Shown here piece after piece: positions 1 through 14,459 of a DNA stretch of 64,000 bases (positions are counted from its first letter, which is position 1; the number at the start of each line of letters is the position of its first letter). This DNA is from Octopus sinensis. Lineage: Eukaryota. The position numbers were made by a program, and so were the translations under genes. The notes beneath the pieces are model-generated. The model saw only the letters and a program-made list of their open reading frames with translations, was not told where the DNA came from and made no database searches. The DNA lies in the NCBI RefSeq assembly GCF_006345805.1, contig NC_043011.1:16132464-16196463 (forward strand). The letters are read 5' to 3'.

Positions 1-661
1 TATTAGTGAAATGAATCAGGTATGAAGTTCTTACAATTCATATACAAATTCTTTGTGACCTTGGATCTCGATCCCTATATATTATTTACACCTGTAAATC
101 TAAACATAAAAGAAGCCTTATGAGTTACATGCAGCTGTTACTAAAAATATTAACAAAAGTTTGGAAAGGCAGTCGCCTTTAATTCTACAACATTAATCTC
201 ATGACGTTTTCACGCGTTTCACTAACATAATTATGAAAGACTGCTCGTTTTTAAACTGAATTTTATTTCTTTATTTTATATCTAAATTCAATATTCTTTT
301 TCAATTCACGATATGTTTAGGAATCAGGAATTCCCTATTAGTCATTTATTTATCTAGTGTTTGATATTATATCTCTAATTCTATATTGTCGCGAAGAAAG
401 ATTACTATCAGTCCCAGAAAGTAATTCAATTTTATAGACATAGATTGCAATTTTTCAGCAATTTAATGATACTCGGTAAGACTAAGTAAGCCACAATATT
501 CACAGAAAATATTTGCGAGGATATTATAAGCGAATAGTACTGTCGGATAGCAAAATTAAATTTTAGTGTATTTGTTATACACATACACATACACCTCACA
601 CACACACACACACAGACATGCATATATAAACATACATGTATACAAATATTTATACATACGT

Positions 662-910
<249 letters not shown>

Positions 911-960
911 TGTAGGTATGTAGGTGTTTTTTAATAACTTACAATCACCTTTTACGCTAC

Positions 961-998
<38 letters not shown>

Positions 999-1711
999 TG
1001 GGGGGTACGCGCACGCGTATGTTGTGGAGATCGCAATTCAATAGAATTCAAATTAAATTTCTGGAACTCGCGAGTAGGTTCACAAGACGTCTCGATGTTT
1101 GGTTTACGCTATTATTATTCTTGAGTTTTACAGTTGGAATAACACAGACTTCACACCTATCTGGATTACCACTGTGTTTTCCTCTTTGCGAGTAAACTAG
1201 AAAAGTATAGTGAATCACAGACATCACGCCTATCTGGAATATTACTCTATTCGTTGTATGTAAACAATAGAAATATAACAAACTGGCGTCGCCGATAGGA
1301 TATTGTCGTCATCTTTGTAAAGTGAACTTCTTACGATAGGATACGAAAGACTTTTCTTGCGGAGTGGACGGTTTACCTCGACACGGAGATTAAATTATTT
1401 GAAATCTAAAAAGTCAGTTTTGAACATAAGTTTAATTTTAAATAAAATAATAATGTTTTATATTTTATTTCAACGGCCAATTTGGTGAGAAAAACGTTTG
1501 CAAAAAATGGACGTAAATACATTATACTCTTGGATGATATTAGAGCTGACAAAAACAAAATTTTACGAGGAGGACTAAGCTTATAGTCTAAGAGAAATAG
1601 TAAAAAGGAAGGGTAAGGAAAAGTATTATGTGGAATTTACATGGCGTCTGAGGATACGTAATGAAAGTGGCATTAATTATAGCAGTTTATGCATTATAGT
1701 ATATATATATA

Positions 1712-1746
<35 letters not shown>

Positions 1747-1942
1747 CGAGCTTCAATGTACGTTGTATTTAACAGAAACATGCATATATCCTACAAAGTT
1801 CTGAATCAGCACCTATTTACTGCTTATTATACTTTGCAAACACCGGGCTCATTCTTAACATTCTAGCCTATACCGAGTTCGGTTGCCTGTTACATCTTAC
1901 TGTCATTGCTTGATACATTTTCCCACCGTTACACAGAACCAC

Positions 1943-2031
<89 letters not shown>

Positions 2032-2727
2032 TGTGTGTATGTGTGTGCGCGCACTTACATACACTCACCCATATACATGGAGAGGTCTGTGTGCCTGTGC
2101 TAAGTAATCAAAAATTGAGGTATAGCAAAGTGCAACAGGCAACCAAAATTGGGCTCAATGGTGGGCTCAACGACCGCTGTAGTATCCAGTATAACAACAA
2201 ACCTAACACCAAGCTCCGGATGAGCGAGATCGCAGAGATCGAGCAAAGTATAAGAAAGTAAATAATAAACAGGTGTTGTATTCAAAGCTGTCTCATTTAA
2301 TCGTGCATTTCAACGAAATTCTGAAATACAAAACAAATCGAGGTATTATGCAATCATGTTTTCACCTCCGCACAAATGCAGCAGCCCAATTTGAAGTTCG
2401 ACTATGTCTTAACTCTTTCAATACTGCAATTGTTTTCTGTTATTTCTTTCAGCTATTTCTCTCGTACAGGTTTGACCATTTGCATAACGAGGACAAGTAA
2501 ATATAGAAATATGATCTTGAATCATATTGCTGTATCTGCCGTGTGACAATGTCAGTATGCAAATCATTATTGTATCTAGTTTCTACTCGTTAAGTAACTG
2601 TTCTGCATGTTCTATATATCCTTTAAAACCTTTATACCACACTTCTTTACTGTTTATTCTTCCTTTCTTTCTTTCTTTCTTTTTGTTTATTCATTCTTTC
2701 TTTGTATATATATACATATATATATAT

Positions 2728-2916
2728 GATAGATTGTTAGCCATGATAGATCGTTAGCCACTACACACATTTTTTCTCTCCTTGTTTTCTGTGTTCCTTT
2801 CTGAAGAAGAGCGTAGGCTCGAAACCTAAAGTAATTTTTCTATTCCTGAGCGTTATACTAATACATCTGTTTGTTTTGTACACCACCCGCCTTTGCTTTT
2901 TTCCATAAACTCTCCT
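2728..2916 (+). mobile_element. About 190-bp hammerhead-bearing element between (TA)n tracts (decayed copy)
   Basis: cttt-CTGAAGA-a-gagc-gtag-gctc-GAAAC-cta-aag at 2797-2831, followed by the family motif ttcctgagcg...taatac...gtacaccac. TA tracts on both sides. Confidence 0.65.
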
Positions 2917-3870
2917 TATATATATATATATATTATATATATATATGCATACATACATAGACACGCACACAAATATATACACATACACACACTCATTCAC
3001 ACACAAGCACACACACACATATATATCAGGAAAAGATACAAGCACACGTTACACGTATACAAACACCCTACCACAATCATCCCATTTATCCCGCTGAGTA
3101 TACCTAGCTTTTCTAGTTTTAAATTATCTACTAAATTATTTCAATTTTGTCAACAGGATAGCCTCACATGCAAAATATATATGAGTATTTTTGCTCATGT
3201 CTATTTATATATCTGTGTCTGTCCATGTTGATCTAGCAGATTTTATCGCCAAGAATGCATGGAAATGTCTAAACTCTAAAAGAAAGGAAGAATAAGTGTC
3301 GATCTTTGCACGAAAGTGAAAGCAGGAATCCTGGAAACCCTATTCAATCGTATTACAGAAGACAGAATATTTTCAGAAACATATTTTAAGCAATTAGCGT
3401 TTCGACTTACAATTTTAGCATTCAGCTTTCCGAGAACTATTATAATGAAAAGTGATACTTGTCTAGAAGCCCTATATTGTTATTCTGAACCATGATATTT
3501 TTGGTATCACGTAGCATTCGAAAACAAAATATCTGTCTCATCATCTGAAATAGAGGATCTCGTACGTTAAACATCTTTCGCTGGCATATCTTTCAATTAA
3601 ATATCTGTGAAACCACGCAATTCTTGACTTGACATTTTGATATAGATTCATATTTTTATTCCATAAATATTTGTCTTTTTTTGTGGGCCTTTGCTCAAAA
3701 CAGTTTCATGCTTGCAAAAAATCTATAATTATCTAAAATACAATTGATTTCATACGAGAATGAATTTTAGTTTAAGTTTCTATGCTCCACATAAGTACGT
3801 AAACACCCAAATATCTTCAATCAGCAAGTTATCTTTCCTGGTTATTATTTCGTTCCTTAATTACTCTATT

Positions 3871-4276
3871 TTTTACTCTTTTACTTGTTTCAGTCATTTG
3901 ACTGCGGCCATGCTGGAGCACCGCCTTTTTAGTCGAGCAAATCGACCCCAGGACTTATTCTTTGTAAGCCCAGTACTTATTATATCGCTCTCTTTTGCCG
4001 AACCGCTACGTGACGGGGACGTAAACACACCAGCATCGGTCGTCAAGCAATGTTGGGGTACAAACACAGACACACAAACACACACACACATACATATATA
4101 TATACATATATACGACACGCTTCTTTCAGTTTCCGTCTACCAAATCCACTCACAAGGCATTGGTCGGCCCGGGGCTATAGCAGAAGACACTTGCCCAAGG
4201 TGCCACGCAGTGGGACTGAACCCGGAACCATGTGGTTGGTTAGCAAGCTACTTACCACACAGCCACTCCTGCGCCT
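3871..4276 (-). mobile_element. tRNA-derived SINE with a CORE-like domain and an internal TA/CA microsatellite
   Basis: Minus strand reads aggcgcaggagtggctgtgtgg (A box)...ggttcagtccc (B box)...gtggcaccttgggcaagtgtctt (CORE-like), then a microsatellite, then a 3' part ending in agtaaaag repeats. Homologous to 41380-41781. Confidence 0.85.
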
Positions 4277-5610
4277 TTAGAAACAATTAGAAAACAATTT
4301 TATTTCAAAATTCAAAGTTCAAAATAGGAAATTGTTTCTCTTTTACATTGGAGTATCTTTGTAAAAGATTCCTTGGAGAATGATAACAAAAGTATCTATC
4401 TTACTTTACACGCGTACACATTTAGTATGCAATTTTCATTCTTATACTTTCGATTCAATTCTGGTTTCTCTTACATATTCAGATATTATACTACTTTATA
4501 CTTAACCACATGCTACTTCACACAATTTCACCTCTACATTTCAAAGAATAACTCCATTCCCCCAAACACCTAAATAAAGAAAGAAGAATAAATAATTAAA
4601 CATACTTTATCTAAGCTTCATAGAATGGAATCTATAAACAGTATCTAAACAAATTATTAAGATTCCCCATCATTGCGTGATATATTATCTTACTGATACT
4701 AGACTGAAAAACGTACTCACTTGATATTTATCTTCTGCCTCTTAATATATGTCTTCTACCTCATCTGCTCTCAATCTATCTTGTCCACTTCTCTGTTGCA
4801 CTCCTCCGCATTGTAAACTAAAAAAAATTATATAAGGAGAAATAATAATTTATCATTTGTGATGTAAAACCAAACTTGATAGAAAACCCATTAAAAAATT
4901 CTGAAGCTATTACTCTCTATATAATAACTGAATTCCCTAGTAATTTAGTATTCTAGTCACAATAACAGATGTGAAACACAACAACCACTTACGAAGTTAC
5001 TTAGTAATCAAATCTACAGCAACATAAAAACTTAAACACTTTTAGGAAGTAACATCATATACGTATGTGCGTGTGTGTAGCTGTGTGTGTGCGCACGTGC
5101 ATTTATGTGTCTGTGAGTGTGTGTGTGTAAGTGTGTATAATATATATGTGAGTGTGTCTATATATGTATATATGTTTTACAGTTTGACCCTGCCAGGCAT
5201 GACTTAAATTTTGAGAGGCTCGTTGCACACGTCAACATCAGAGGCAAAGAGGTGGAGTAGAACATTTAGGATAAAGTCAAGATGACTTGCATGTGTTTTG
5301 GCCTTTATTGGTCAGTTCAGGCATCGTGGTACTAATGTTATCAGAGCGAGACCAGGTAATTTCTCAGATTTTAGAATCACCTCTTCACACCTGGTATCAC
5401 CAGGTTGCTGGCGCCAATTTAGCGGGGCATCGCCAGTGACATAGTAATTTCAACGAATCGAGTTCATTGTAATGTGGTTGGGAATATTCCTGTGAGTCAG
5501 TTGCTCAGACATCGTTCTATGGAGTATGACCATACTAATGGCAGGGATATTGTCTTCGGTGTAACCAAATTTACTGGTATTAGCTTACAAAGGTAAGATG
5601 ACCAATATAG

Positions 5611-5843
5611 TTTTCTTTACTACCCATAAGGGACTAAACATAGAGGAAACAAACAAGGACAGACAAACGGATTAAGTCGATTACATCGACCCCAGTGCGT
5701 AACTGTTACTTAATTTATCGACCCAGAAAGGATGAAAGGCAAAGTCGACCTCGGCGGAATTTTAACTCAGAACGTAGCGGCAGACTAAATACTGTTGAGC
5801 ATTTCGGCCGGCGTGCTAACGATTCTGCCAGCTCGCCGCCTTA
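5611..5843 (-). mobile_element. tRNA-derived SINE (Meta-domain-like) with an 18-bp TSD
   Basis: Minus strand: aaggcggcgagctggcagaatcgttagc...gagttaaaattcc...gcctttcatcctttctgggtcgataaattaagt. TSD gtaagatgaccaatatag at 5593-5610 and 5844-5861. Confidence 0.9.
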
Positions 5844-7296
5844 GTAAGATGACCAATATAGGCGGGATGTTGTCTATGTTAGCCTTTTATCGGTGGAAAC
5901 TAGGTCTACAGTGGTATATTTTGGCTGTCATTTGCCAGAGAATTGATAGTTTTTAAGAAAGTGTATCTAAAGTAGCAATGTGATAATTGAACCTTACTAG
6001 TAATGGGAACTGTGGGTTGTCACGTTTATGTGTAGTGTCTCGCGAACATAGAATCGGCAAATGCGATTTCCGGGTGAGTAAGGAGCCAAATCCCGTTTCT
6101 ACATAACTCATTTCCCGATCTACCTATGTCACATCCAATTATAATTTTGCATAGCTACACAAAAAGCCAAAATTAACTTGCCGGATTATAGGACAGTCTG
6201 AAAAATACAAGCAGGTCGAAAATTTGCTGTGAGATTCGAGCGTTTTCTTATGGAAGTTTAATAAATGTATACTCTACTCAAAAAATTGAGTAATCCTTCA
6301 TTTGACATCAGACTGCTTATATACATAACTAACATGACTTAGAAGGAAACATTATTGTACATACGTATATGTGTGTGTGTATGTACGTGTGTGAGTGTGC
6401 CTGTGTCTGCGAGTGTGGTGTACGTATGAGTGTATGCTTTTCAGCACGTGCTAAATATCTTCTTCAAAATCTGCTGTAATAAATCTACATGAAAATATGA
6501 AAATATAAAGTAAATGCTATTTTCAAATTATAATAAAAATCGTCGTTGTGAGTAGCGGTGTATTCAGTGTCTATTCAGAGAATACTTTCCTTTCTTTTAG
6601 GAACCATTAAGGAATAGCATCAAAATGAATGTAACTGAAGTAATACACATTAAAATGGATTACATCAAAACTATTCGTTTCTCTGGTAAAACTTTAGAGC
6701 AGCGCTTGAGTTTGCAATCCCATTTAATGGTTTTGTATATAGTAATAACGGAAAATATTTCAATATGTAATCCTAAATCACCGCTGTAAGATTTGCTATA
6801 GTGGACTTCAATATATTTTCTAAGTCATTAAGACTTTCTTGGAGGAAATTAAGAAAGAAATAAATGATTCCAACAGTAATTCATAGATATATTGCATCGT
6901 ATTTGCTGCATTCATGTGAGTGATGGACACAAGGATCATTCTTTACGGTTTATGATACTAAAATAAGGAAATTGAATTGCAACAATTATCTACAAAGCGT
7001 TACAGGAAAGAAATCAATATTTCAGTTTTAGCCGAGTATTTCTATACGAAATTTGCTTTGGAACATTGTAAAAGAGCGTGTTTGGAAGAGAGGTTGACCT
7101 ATTTTTATAATAAATTTCACGCAATGAATACAAGAAATTGAAGTCTTCTCAATTTCAAATTTATCGTAAAATTTCTCACATCAATATTATATTGAGATGG
7201 ATTTTTCACTCTGTGTTTGCAGCATTTCATTTTTAATTTAATATTTGAGTTTCGTTCAATTCTTCGTACATTCTATACATACATTGCATATTATAT

Positions 7297-7341
<45 letters not shown>

Positions 7342-8816
7342 TATATATATATATAGAGAGAGAGAGAGTAAGAGAGAGAGATACATACACACACATACAT
7401 GTGTATGTGTGTGTGTAAATATATTCATATATATATATATATATATACATAAAGTTATACATACACACACATATATGGGTATGTGTGTCTGCGAAACTAT
7501 ATTCATATATATATATGTATGTATACATATTTATACATATTTATATGAATACATACACATACATATAGATATATATACACACAGACATATATATATATAT
7601 ATAGATAGATAGATAAATATATATGTATATGTATATATCTACACATTCACACACCCACACAAACACAGACACACACACACGCAAACATATATGTCATCTT
7701 CATATGCTAAGGTGTAGGAATAAAATTGCTAGAGGGATGATATAATACCGAAGGTTTATTGGCTGTAATAATTATGATGATTACACAGTATCGACAAATA
7801 GAACATGTCAAGATATAATATTATTTTATGGTCTATTGTCATACAACTTTACACTTGTTTCAGTGAATAATACAAAACTATTTTGTGACCTCATGAGATA
7901 ACAACTGCGATATTCATTGTCTATTTAGAACCGTTAAAGTCGTTTGGGTAATGTACACAATTTAAGTAATCTTTTCTTTTGTAACAGCAAGTAAATCTGT
8001 TACTTTGATTCCAGCCTATAAATCTCGTTATTTGTTACTTAATATATTGCTTGCATCAGACTCTAAGTTGTCAGATACGAGAACTATAAATTATCTGATA
8101 ATTCTCTACTAATGTTTTAAAACTTTAAGGTGCTGCAAACAAGTATGGTTTCTGGTGACCGTGAGACTAAAACTGTAGAGACACTTATCAGAGACACTAT
8201 TTCTTGATTTAGATATATTTATGTAAAATAATTTTTATCATCTTATCAGCGTAAAATAAAATTTTACCTGATCTCAACGTTCTTATATAAACTACCCTTT
8301 GATTCATCACAGAGGATACACAAAGCCTCAAATTTTTTCCTACCATTGTCATTTGATTTGAATACACTTATGTAAACTAATTTTAACAGCATAGAGGATA
8401 CACAAAGCCTCACACTTTACTTTTGAATTGCTTTTTAAATTAATGAAACTAATTAAGTTAATAAATTCTTTTAAAAGACACCTGCATTTTCATATGTTCC
8501 TTATATATATATATATACATATTTGAGCTTATTTCTTTCATCATCTCAAATGTAAGATCTCTTCTCTGAAGACTGAGACTCGTCTCATCTTACGATGGAA
8601 CATAATTATGAACATAATTACAAACATAATTATGAACCACCGAACATCCAGAAACAGCGTTTGGATTTCTAAAACTTTTCCCTTAAATTTTCTATATCAT
8701 TTCTAATCATTGTAAGTTGTATATTTTATATGTATACGTATGTACATTTTTCCTATTTCATATATTCAATATACTTTTTGATGTTGATTTGTCTAATTCT
8801 TTTACACTTAGGTTTA

Positions 8817-8852
<36 letters not shown>

Positions 8853-8854
<2 letters not shown>

Positions 8855-9053
8855 TATGTTTAGTACCCCCCGCCACCGAATAAAACAAACACAAACACGA
8901 TATGTGGTACATATAAAGAATTAGCAGACGCTCAGGGAAGGAAAGAAAGATGGCTTAATATTTCGAACACCACTGTTCTTCAGAAGCAGTTGAATACAAA
9001 GGAAGACGGACGAAGAAAATCCCCACCGTGGTTACATTTTGAAATGACCGGAA
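8853..9053 (-). mobile_element. About 200-bp hammerhead-bearing element between (TA)n tracts (decayed copy)
   Basis: Minus strand gctt-CTGAAGA-acagtggtgttc-GAAA-tatt-aagc (plus coordinates 8953-8987), then ttccctgagcg...ctaattc...gtaccac. TA tracts on both sides. Confidence 0.6.
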
Positions 9054-10206
9054 ATATATATATATATATTATATATATATATATATATATATTAATATAA
9101 TATAAATAAATATATTTAAGCGAAAAAAATAGTGGATTTTTTCTCTTATGAGGTCTTTCACGCAGACTCCTTGACAAATTCTTATAAAGATATATTCACA
9201 TGTGTGTGTGTGTGTTTGTGCACGCGCTCGAACGTACGTGCGAACGTCGTGTGTGTTATGTATAAAAGTTACACGCTTATTTTGAGACATATAATTTGCG
9301 CCGTTCTACCGCCATCTTCAAGGACATCGCTGACAATATTGCATCTTTTGTCTATATATTTAGTTTGCTTACACTTAATTATATCTTGTTCGGGAGAAGA
9401 TGAAAAGTTACAAGCTACATACACAGTAACATTGATTATGTCTCAATATTTGACTTTGAGTATAAAAAAATATTTTAAAATACATCTACTGGTGAGACTA
9501 GTCTTACTATGAGTCTAATACAGCCAGCTTACCAGGTAAGTAATTATAAAGAATGATTCGCTCCTCCACCTATCACGGAGATCTCAACTGGCATCTATAT
9601 TTAGCACCTGACATAGAAATCGAAACACACATTGACACACATCTTCAAATTTGCTGATCAACAAGATAATTAATCCCACCAAAACAACCTCCATCAATTT
9701 TCAACAATTTTTTTTATATATTCACATTCAGCTATTCATAATTATTTTTCAAATTTACATTCTTACATGTGTTATGACTATATTCCTTGAACGAAGAAGC
9801 CATCGTTTTACTAAATCAAGTAAAACCGTTACTGTACATACCATACTCAGCGCATATTTTCTGTTATCAATCGTTATTGAATCTCCTTACTTGTTTACAC
9901 CCAATTTTTTTTGCGGATACCTACTCGCCGAAATCAATTCTATAATATCAAATAATTCATGGAATTACCCACTCTCATAGCAATCTTAATGAGTGCTTTT
10001 GTTGATGGCTGTAATTACATGTACACGTATCTCACATAATCGAACTAAAATATAATAAAATATTCCATGAAATCCAAAATTAAGTATTTCATACTGATGT
10101 ACACTTTTGGCCTAAAACACACACCATTATTCTCATACACCTGATTCATTTGCTAACAATTATCAATGCAAACTCCGGTAATACTCAATTATTTTAAAGT
10201 TTTCAA

Positions 10207-10648
10207 GGATCTTTTCGGTTTGAACGGCAGTTTTTTTCTAGCGGTGTCATATGAAATTGTCACCCATAATTATGACCCTAGTATCGTTCTATTGCATTTC
10301 AATCTGTTTTAGGGTTAGGATTAGTTAGGGTTAGGGTCAGGGGTGGGGGAAGGGTATATTTTTTCTTCAGAAATGTAAATAAACAATAAACCCAATCTGT
10401 TTCTTCAACGAGGGACATAGTAATACGGCACAGAATGTTGTTTACATCAATAGACGTCATTGATTGGTTGAAATTGCAGAAATTGAAGAAACAAACAACA
10501 AATATATTACAAACTATAGAATTTTCTCAATAAAGCTAAGAGAAAAAGATGTTTTATAAACACATTCTACCAGTATACGAAGTTTAAAAGTGTTTAGTTA
10601 CGTGGAAATTATTTAAAAAAAAAACTGCAGTTCAAACCGAAAAGATAC
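10207..10648. mobile_element. MITE with about 28-bp TIRs, an 8-bp TSD and internal TTAGGG-like repeats (Merlin-like)
   Basis: TIRs ggatcttttcggtttgaacggcagtttt / aaaactgcagttcaaaccgaaaagatac. TSD gttttcaa at 10199-10206 and 10649-10656. TTAGGG-like run at 10309-10355. Confidence 0.85.
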
Positions 10649-11100
10649 GTTTTCAAAAACGTGCTTAATTATTCTTTAAAAAGGTCATTTATTTTCCAAC
10701 ATTCTCCTTATTCTGAGCTCATTTTACCGTTCATCTCTCCATGAGGCAAATCGTGTAGAAGCAGCCACTTCCATCCAACGATAGTAGCCAATGACAGCTA
10801 AATCTGATACAATATGCCAAATTAACTAATTTTATTACCACACCTTTCTATATTCTCCAACAAGCAAACAATTACTTATACATAACTTCTAGAAGTACTA
10901 ACTCAAGTTCAATTTCCAAGTCACTGTAAAGTACTAAAGACATTTCAAAAAGTACAAACACAGAGTACTGGGTTCTCTTTTCGTTTGTGTACATAAATCA
11001 TACTTCAAGTAAATGTGTGTTTTCTTTATATATGCATGTGTGTCGGTAGGCGCATATATTTACATATATATCTAAGTTTATATACGCACGTAGTCCCATA

Positions 11101-11158
<58 letters not shown>

Positions 11159-11683
11159 AATAAACAAACAGACAAAAAAATATATTTATGAAGGTAACCT
11201 ATCAACGTTTCGGCTGATTTCTGTTATTCATATTTTTAATTGCATTATAAAGTTGAAGATGCAAACAGCCTCCACAGGGCATAATAGACAGATATTTTCA
11301 CGTCCTATCGTATAGAGTTTATTCCGATTAAATTGTAGCATGTACGTCTTGGATTCTGTTCTAAAAATAGCTAAAAGTTGATTTTTTAACCTTACAATTC
11401 CACTGTTTTGGTTGTGCCGATTAACACTTTATCAGCCTGTCACTACTTTTCATCCTATTCAGTACGTCCATAATACATTGCTCTCCGTCCTTATTCCACC
11501 CATAAATTGATTAACTATTTAGGCTTAGAACCCTGTATCTACTTTTTATGTTAGTCAGCGTGTCCATAACATATTAATCTACACCCTTAATCGGTCTTTT
11601 TACTTATCTATTTTACATCAAAACTAGTATTATTTATTTTTGAAAAGTTCATATTAATTACTAGTAAATACAATTACTTATTC

Positions 11684-12116
11684 GGATCTTTTCAGTTTGA
11701 ACGGCAGTTCTTTCTAGCGGTGTCATATGAAATTATCACCCATAATTATGACCCTAGTATCGATCTATTGCATTTCAATCTATATTAGGGATAGGGTTAG
11801 TTGGGGTTAGGGTTAGTGTTAGGGGTGGGGGAAGTATATAATTTTTCCTTCACAAATGCAAATAAACCCAATCTGTTCTTAAACGAGGGACATATTCATA
11901 CGGCACAGAATGTTGTGTACCTCAATGGACCCAGGGATTGGTTGAAATTGTAGAAATTGAAGAAAAAAACAACAATATCTTACAAACTATAGAGTTTTCT
12001 CAATAAAGTCAAGAGAAAAAGATGTTTTATAAACACATTCTACCAGTATGCGAAGTTTTAAATTTTTTAGCTACCTAGAAATTATGTTAAAACTGCCGTT
12101 CAAACCGAAAAGATCC
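11684..12116. mobile_element. Second copy of the same MITE
   Basis: TIRs ggatcttttcagtttgaacggcagtt / aaaactgccgttcaaaccgaaaagatcc. TSD acttattc (11676-11683) / atttattc (12117-12124), 7 of 8 matching. Internal sequence homologous to the first copy. Confidence 0.85.
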
Positions 12117-12511
12117 ATTTATTCAAATATTTAGTTGTTAGGCTGGGTTCATGCATATATATTTTTCTGTATTTTATTTATAGATTCAATAAACGAATAG
12201 ACAAAAATATATATTTTTGAAGGCAACTTAGTAACTAATATATTTCAATAAATGATTATATTTACTAGTAACTAAAATTATATATTACAAAAATAAGTAA
12301 ATAACAGTGTTCATATAAAATGACTAAAAGGAACATTTAGGAACATACCTAGACTTATTTTATCAATAAAGAGGCCGTAGATGAATATGCTATGGCCATA
12401 GTGAATATGTTATGGGCATACTGAATGTGTTATAGACATACGGAATGTGTTATGGACATGTTAAGTAATCCGAGAACGGGGTAGAGTGGAAATGCGTTAT
12501 AGCAGAATACC

Positions 12512-12742
12512 TATTTCTCAACTACCCACAAAGGGCTAAACATAGAGTGGACAAACAAGGACAGACAAAGGGATTAAGTCGATTACATCGACCCCAGTGC
12601 GTAATCGGTACTTAATTTATCGACCCCGGAAGAATGAAAGGCAAAGTCGACCCCTGCGGAATTTGAACTCACAACGTAACGGCAGACGAAATACCGCTAA
12701 GCATTTCGCCCAGCGTGCTAACGTTTCTGCTAGCTCGCCGCC
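12512..12742 (-). mobile_element. tRNA-derived SINE (same family as 5611-5843) with a 15-bp TSD
   Basis: Colinear with 5611-5843. TSD ttatagcagaatacc at 12497-12511 and 12743-12757. Confidence 0.9.
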
Positions 12743-14459
12743 TTATAGCAGAATACCGGAAGCATACTGCCACTGGTCTTGTCTTATAGTCTGATCGATG
12801 TAGTGGTACAGTGAAATATACGGATACGTGTATGAATTAAGTATACACACCACAGCATGCACACGTACATATATGCAAAATTATCTATGTCTGTATGTAT
12901 GCATGTACGAAATTCTTTAATGGAATTTTACAAAGAAATTGCCCCTGTCATTTTCCAGAAGATAATTAAATAGCTCATTTGTATACAATAAAAGGATTCG
13001 AAATGTTCATATTTCCAGGTCCACCAATAAACGTGAAGAAATGAATATTAGTTTTTAATGTTGCTACATGTCTACACAAAATTCCAAATTTTTAAATAAA
13101 TATTTCTTAAGCATGACTTCCAAATTAGTCTTTCAAGATGCTGGTGACTATAAATAAATTCACGCCATGATATCCAAACAATTCCAATAAAATGCATAAT
13201 ATGCAGTCTCTTCCACTAAAGTCCGGTCACTGCAACCTATCCAATCGAAAGTGTGCGTCGATTAAATTACTTCGTCAAATATCTGTTTCTCCCTTGTCTC
13301 AATGCTTCTGTGGCTGTCGTTTCCAATATCCAATAGAAGTATATACTTGTATCTTATTTCTTCCGTGCGTTTTCTTTCAGTATATTGTGAATATATTTAA
13401 CAATGAATTTATCGTGCGTCTGTCTCGCTCTGCTGTGAAAATGCCGATGAATATAGTAGATGCAGCACTCTTTCTATTAATGATAAAATGTATGCTATTG
13501 TTCAGTGGCTATGTCATTTAGCTCTAAAGATATTTCTTTACGTATCATTGTTCTTTTCAAATTCAACTACCTTTAAAGAACAATCACCAACACGAAACTT
13601 ATTTCAGGAATCTCATCTGTAGACATTTGCATAAATATCTTAGGAGACAAAAGTTTTCTTTTATTATATTAATCCAAGTTCATAAATATGTATCTGGAAC
13701 TAATTCCACAAGGCATGTTTGAATCTGGTACTGCGTCGGAATTTGTGTTATAAATTAAGAAAAAAACGTATTTGAAATTATATTGAAAGAAATCAATGAA
13801 TTGTTAAAAAAATTGTAAACTTCCCAGCTTAAATTTGCATAGCAATGCAGAGATCTGTTATGAATGATATTACGTAACCAGTTTAATCTATCATTTTCCT
13901 TAGTGATAACTAGATCGACTGTAAACCTACTCTTTTATGTCACCGATCGATTCTGATTTTAGGGATGTTCAATGAAAGTAAATTAGCTGCCCTACACAGT
14001 AACAAAGCTTTTGAATTTGTAGTATGCAGATCTGTTTTCGACGCTTTTTGCCTACATACTGCTCCAATCTCAAATTGCTTAGACGTGTACATTTTATTAA
14101 ATCACATCTTTATGTCACGTGTAGATAAAATTCTTCCGTCTCGTTCTGAGTCAGTTAAAATGCATACATTGTATTTATTTTGAGTCCCTTATTCTTCTTT
14201 CTTTGCATCAATGATCAATATGCTTGTATATCACACAACGCTCATCCTGATGCAGATCCTACGCCGTTTCTGCAAATCTAATCTTTTCAAATCATACATC
14301 ATCAATATCATCCTTCACTGGAGACATCAAACTAGTATTGATTACATAAACAGAGATTTTGAAATCTCTGTTTATGTAATTATGTCTCTCGCTCAACTTT
14401 CAGAGAGCCATGATATAATCCCGTCTCTTTCTACAGAAATGTAAAATATTTGCGTTGAC

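Noticed and set aside
1142-1238. 24-bp imperfect direct repeat (cacagac.tcac.cctatctgga) with a spacer, CRISPR-like at a glance
   Set aside because: Only two units, in a eukaryotic context, with no cas genes.
5175-6075. GC-richer segment split by a SINE, with faint resemblance to a Gypsy gag on the minus strand
   Set aside because: The similarity is too weak and fragmented to call without a profile search.
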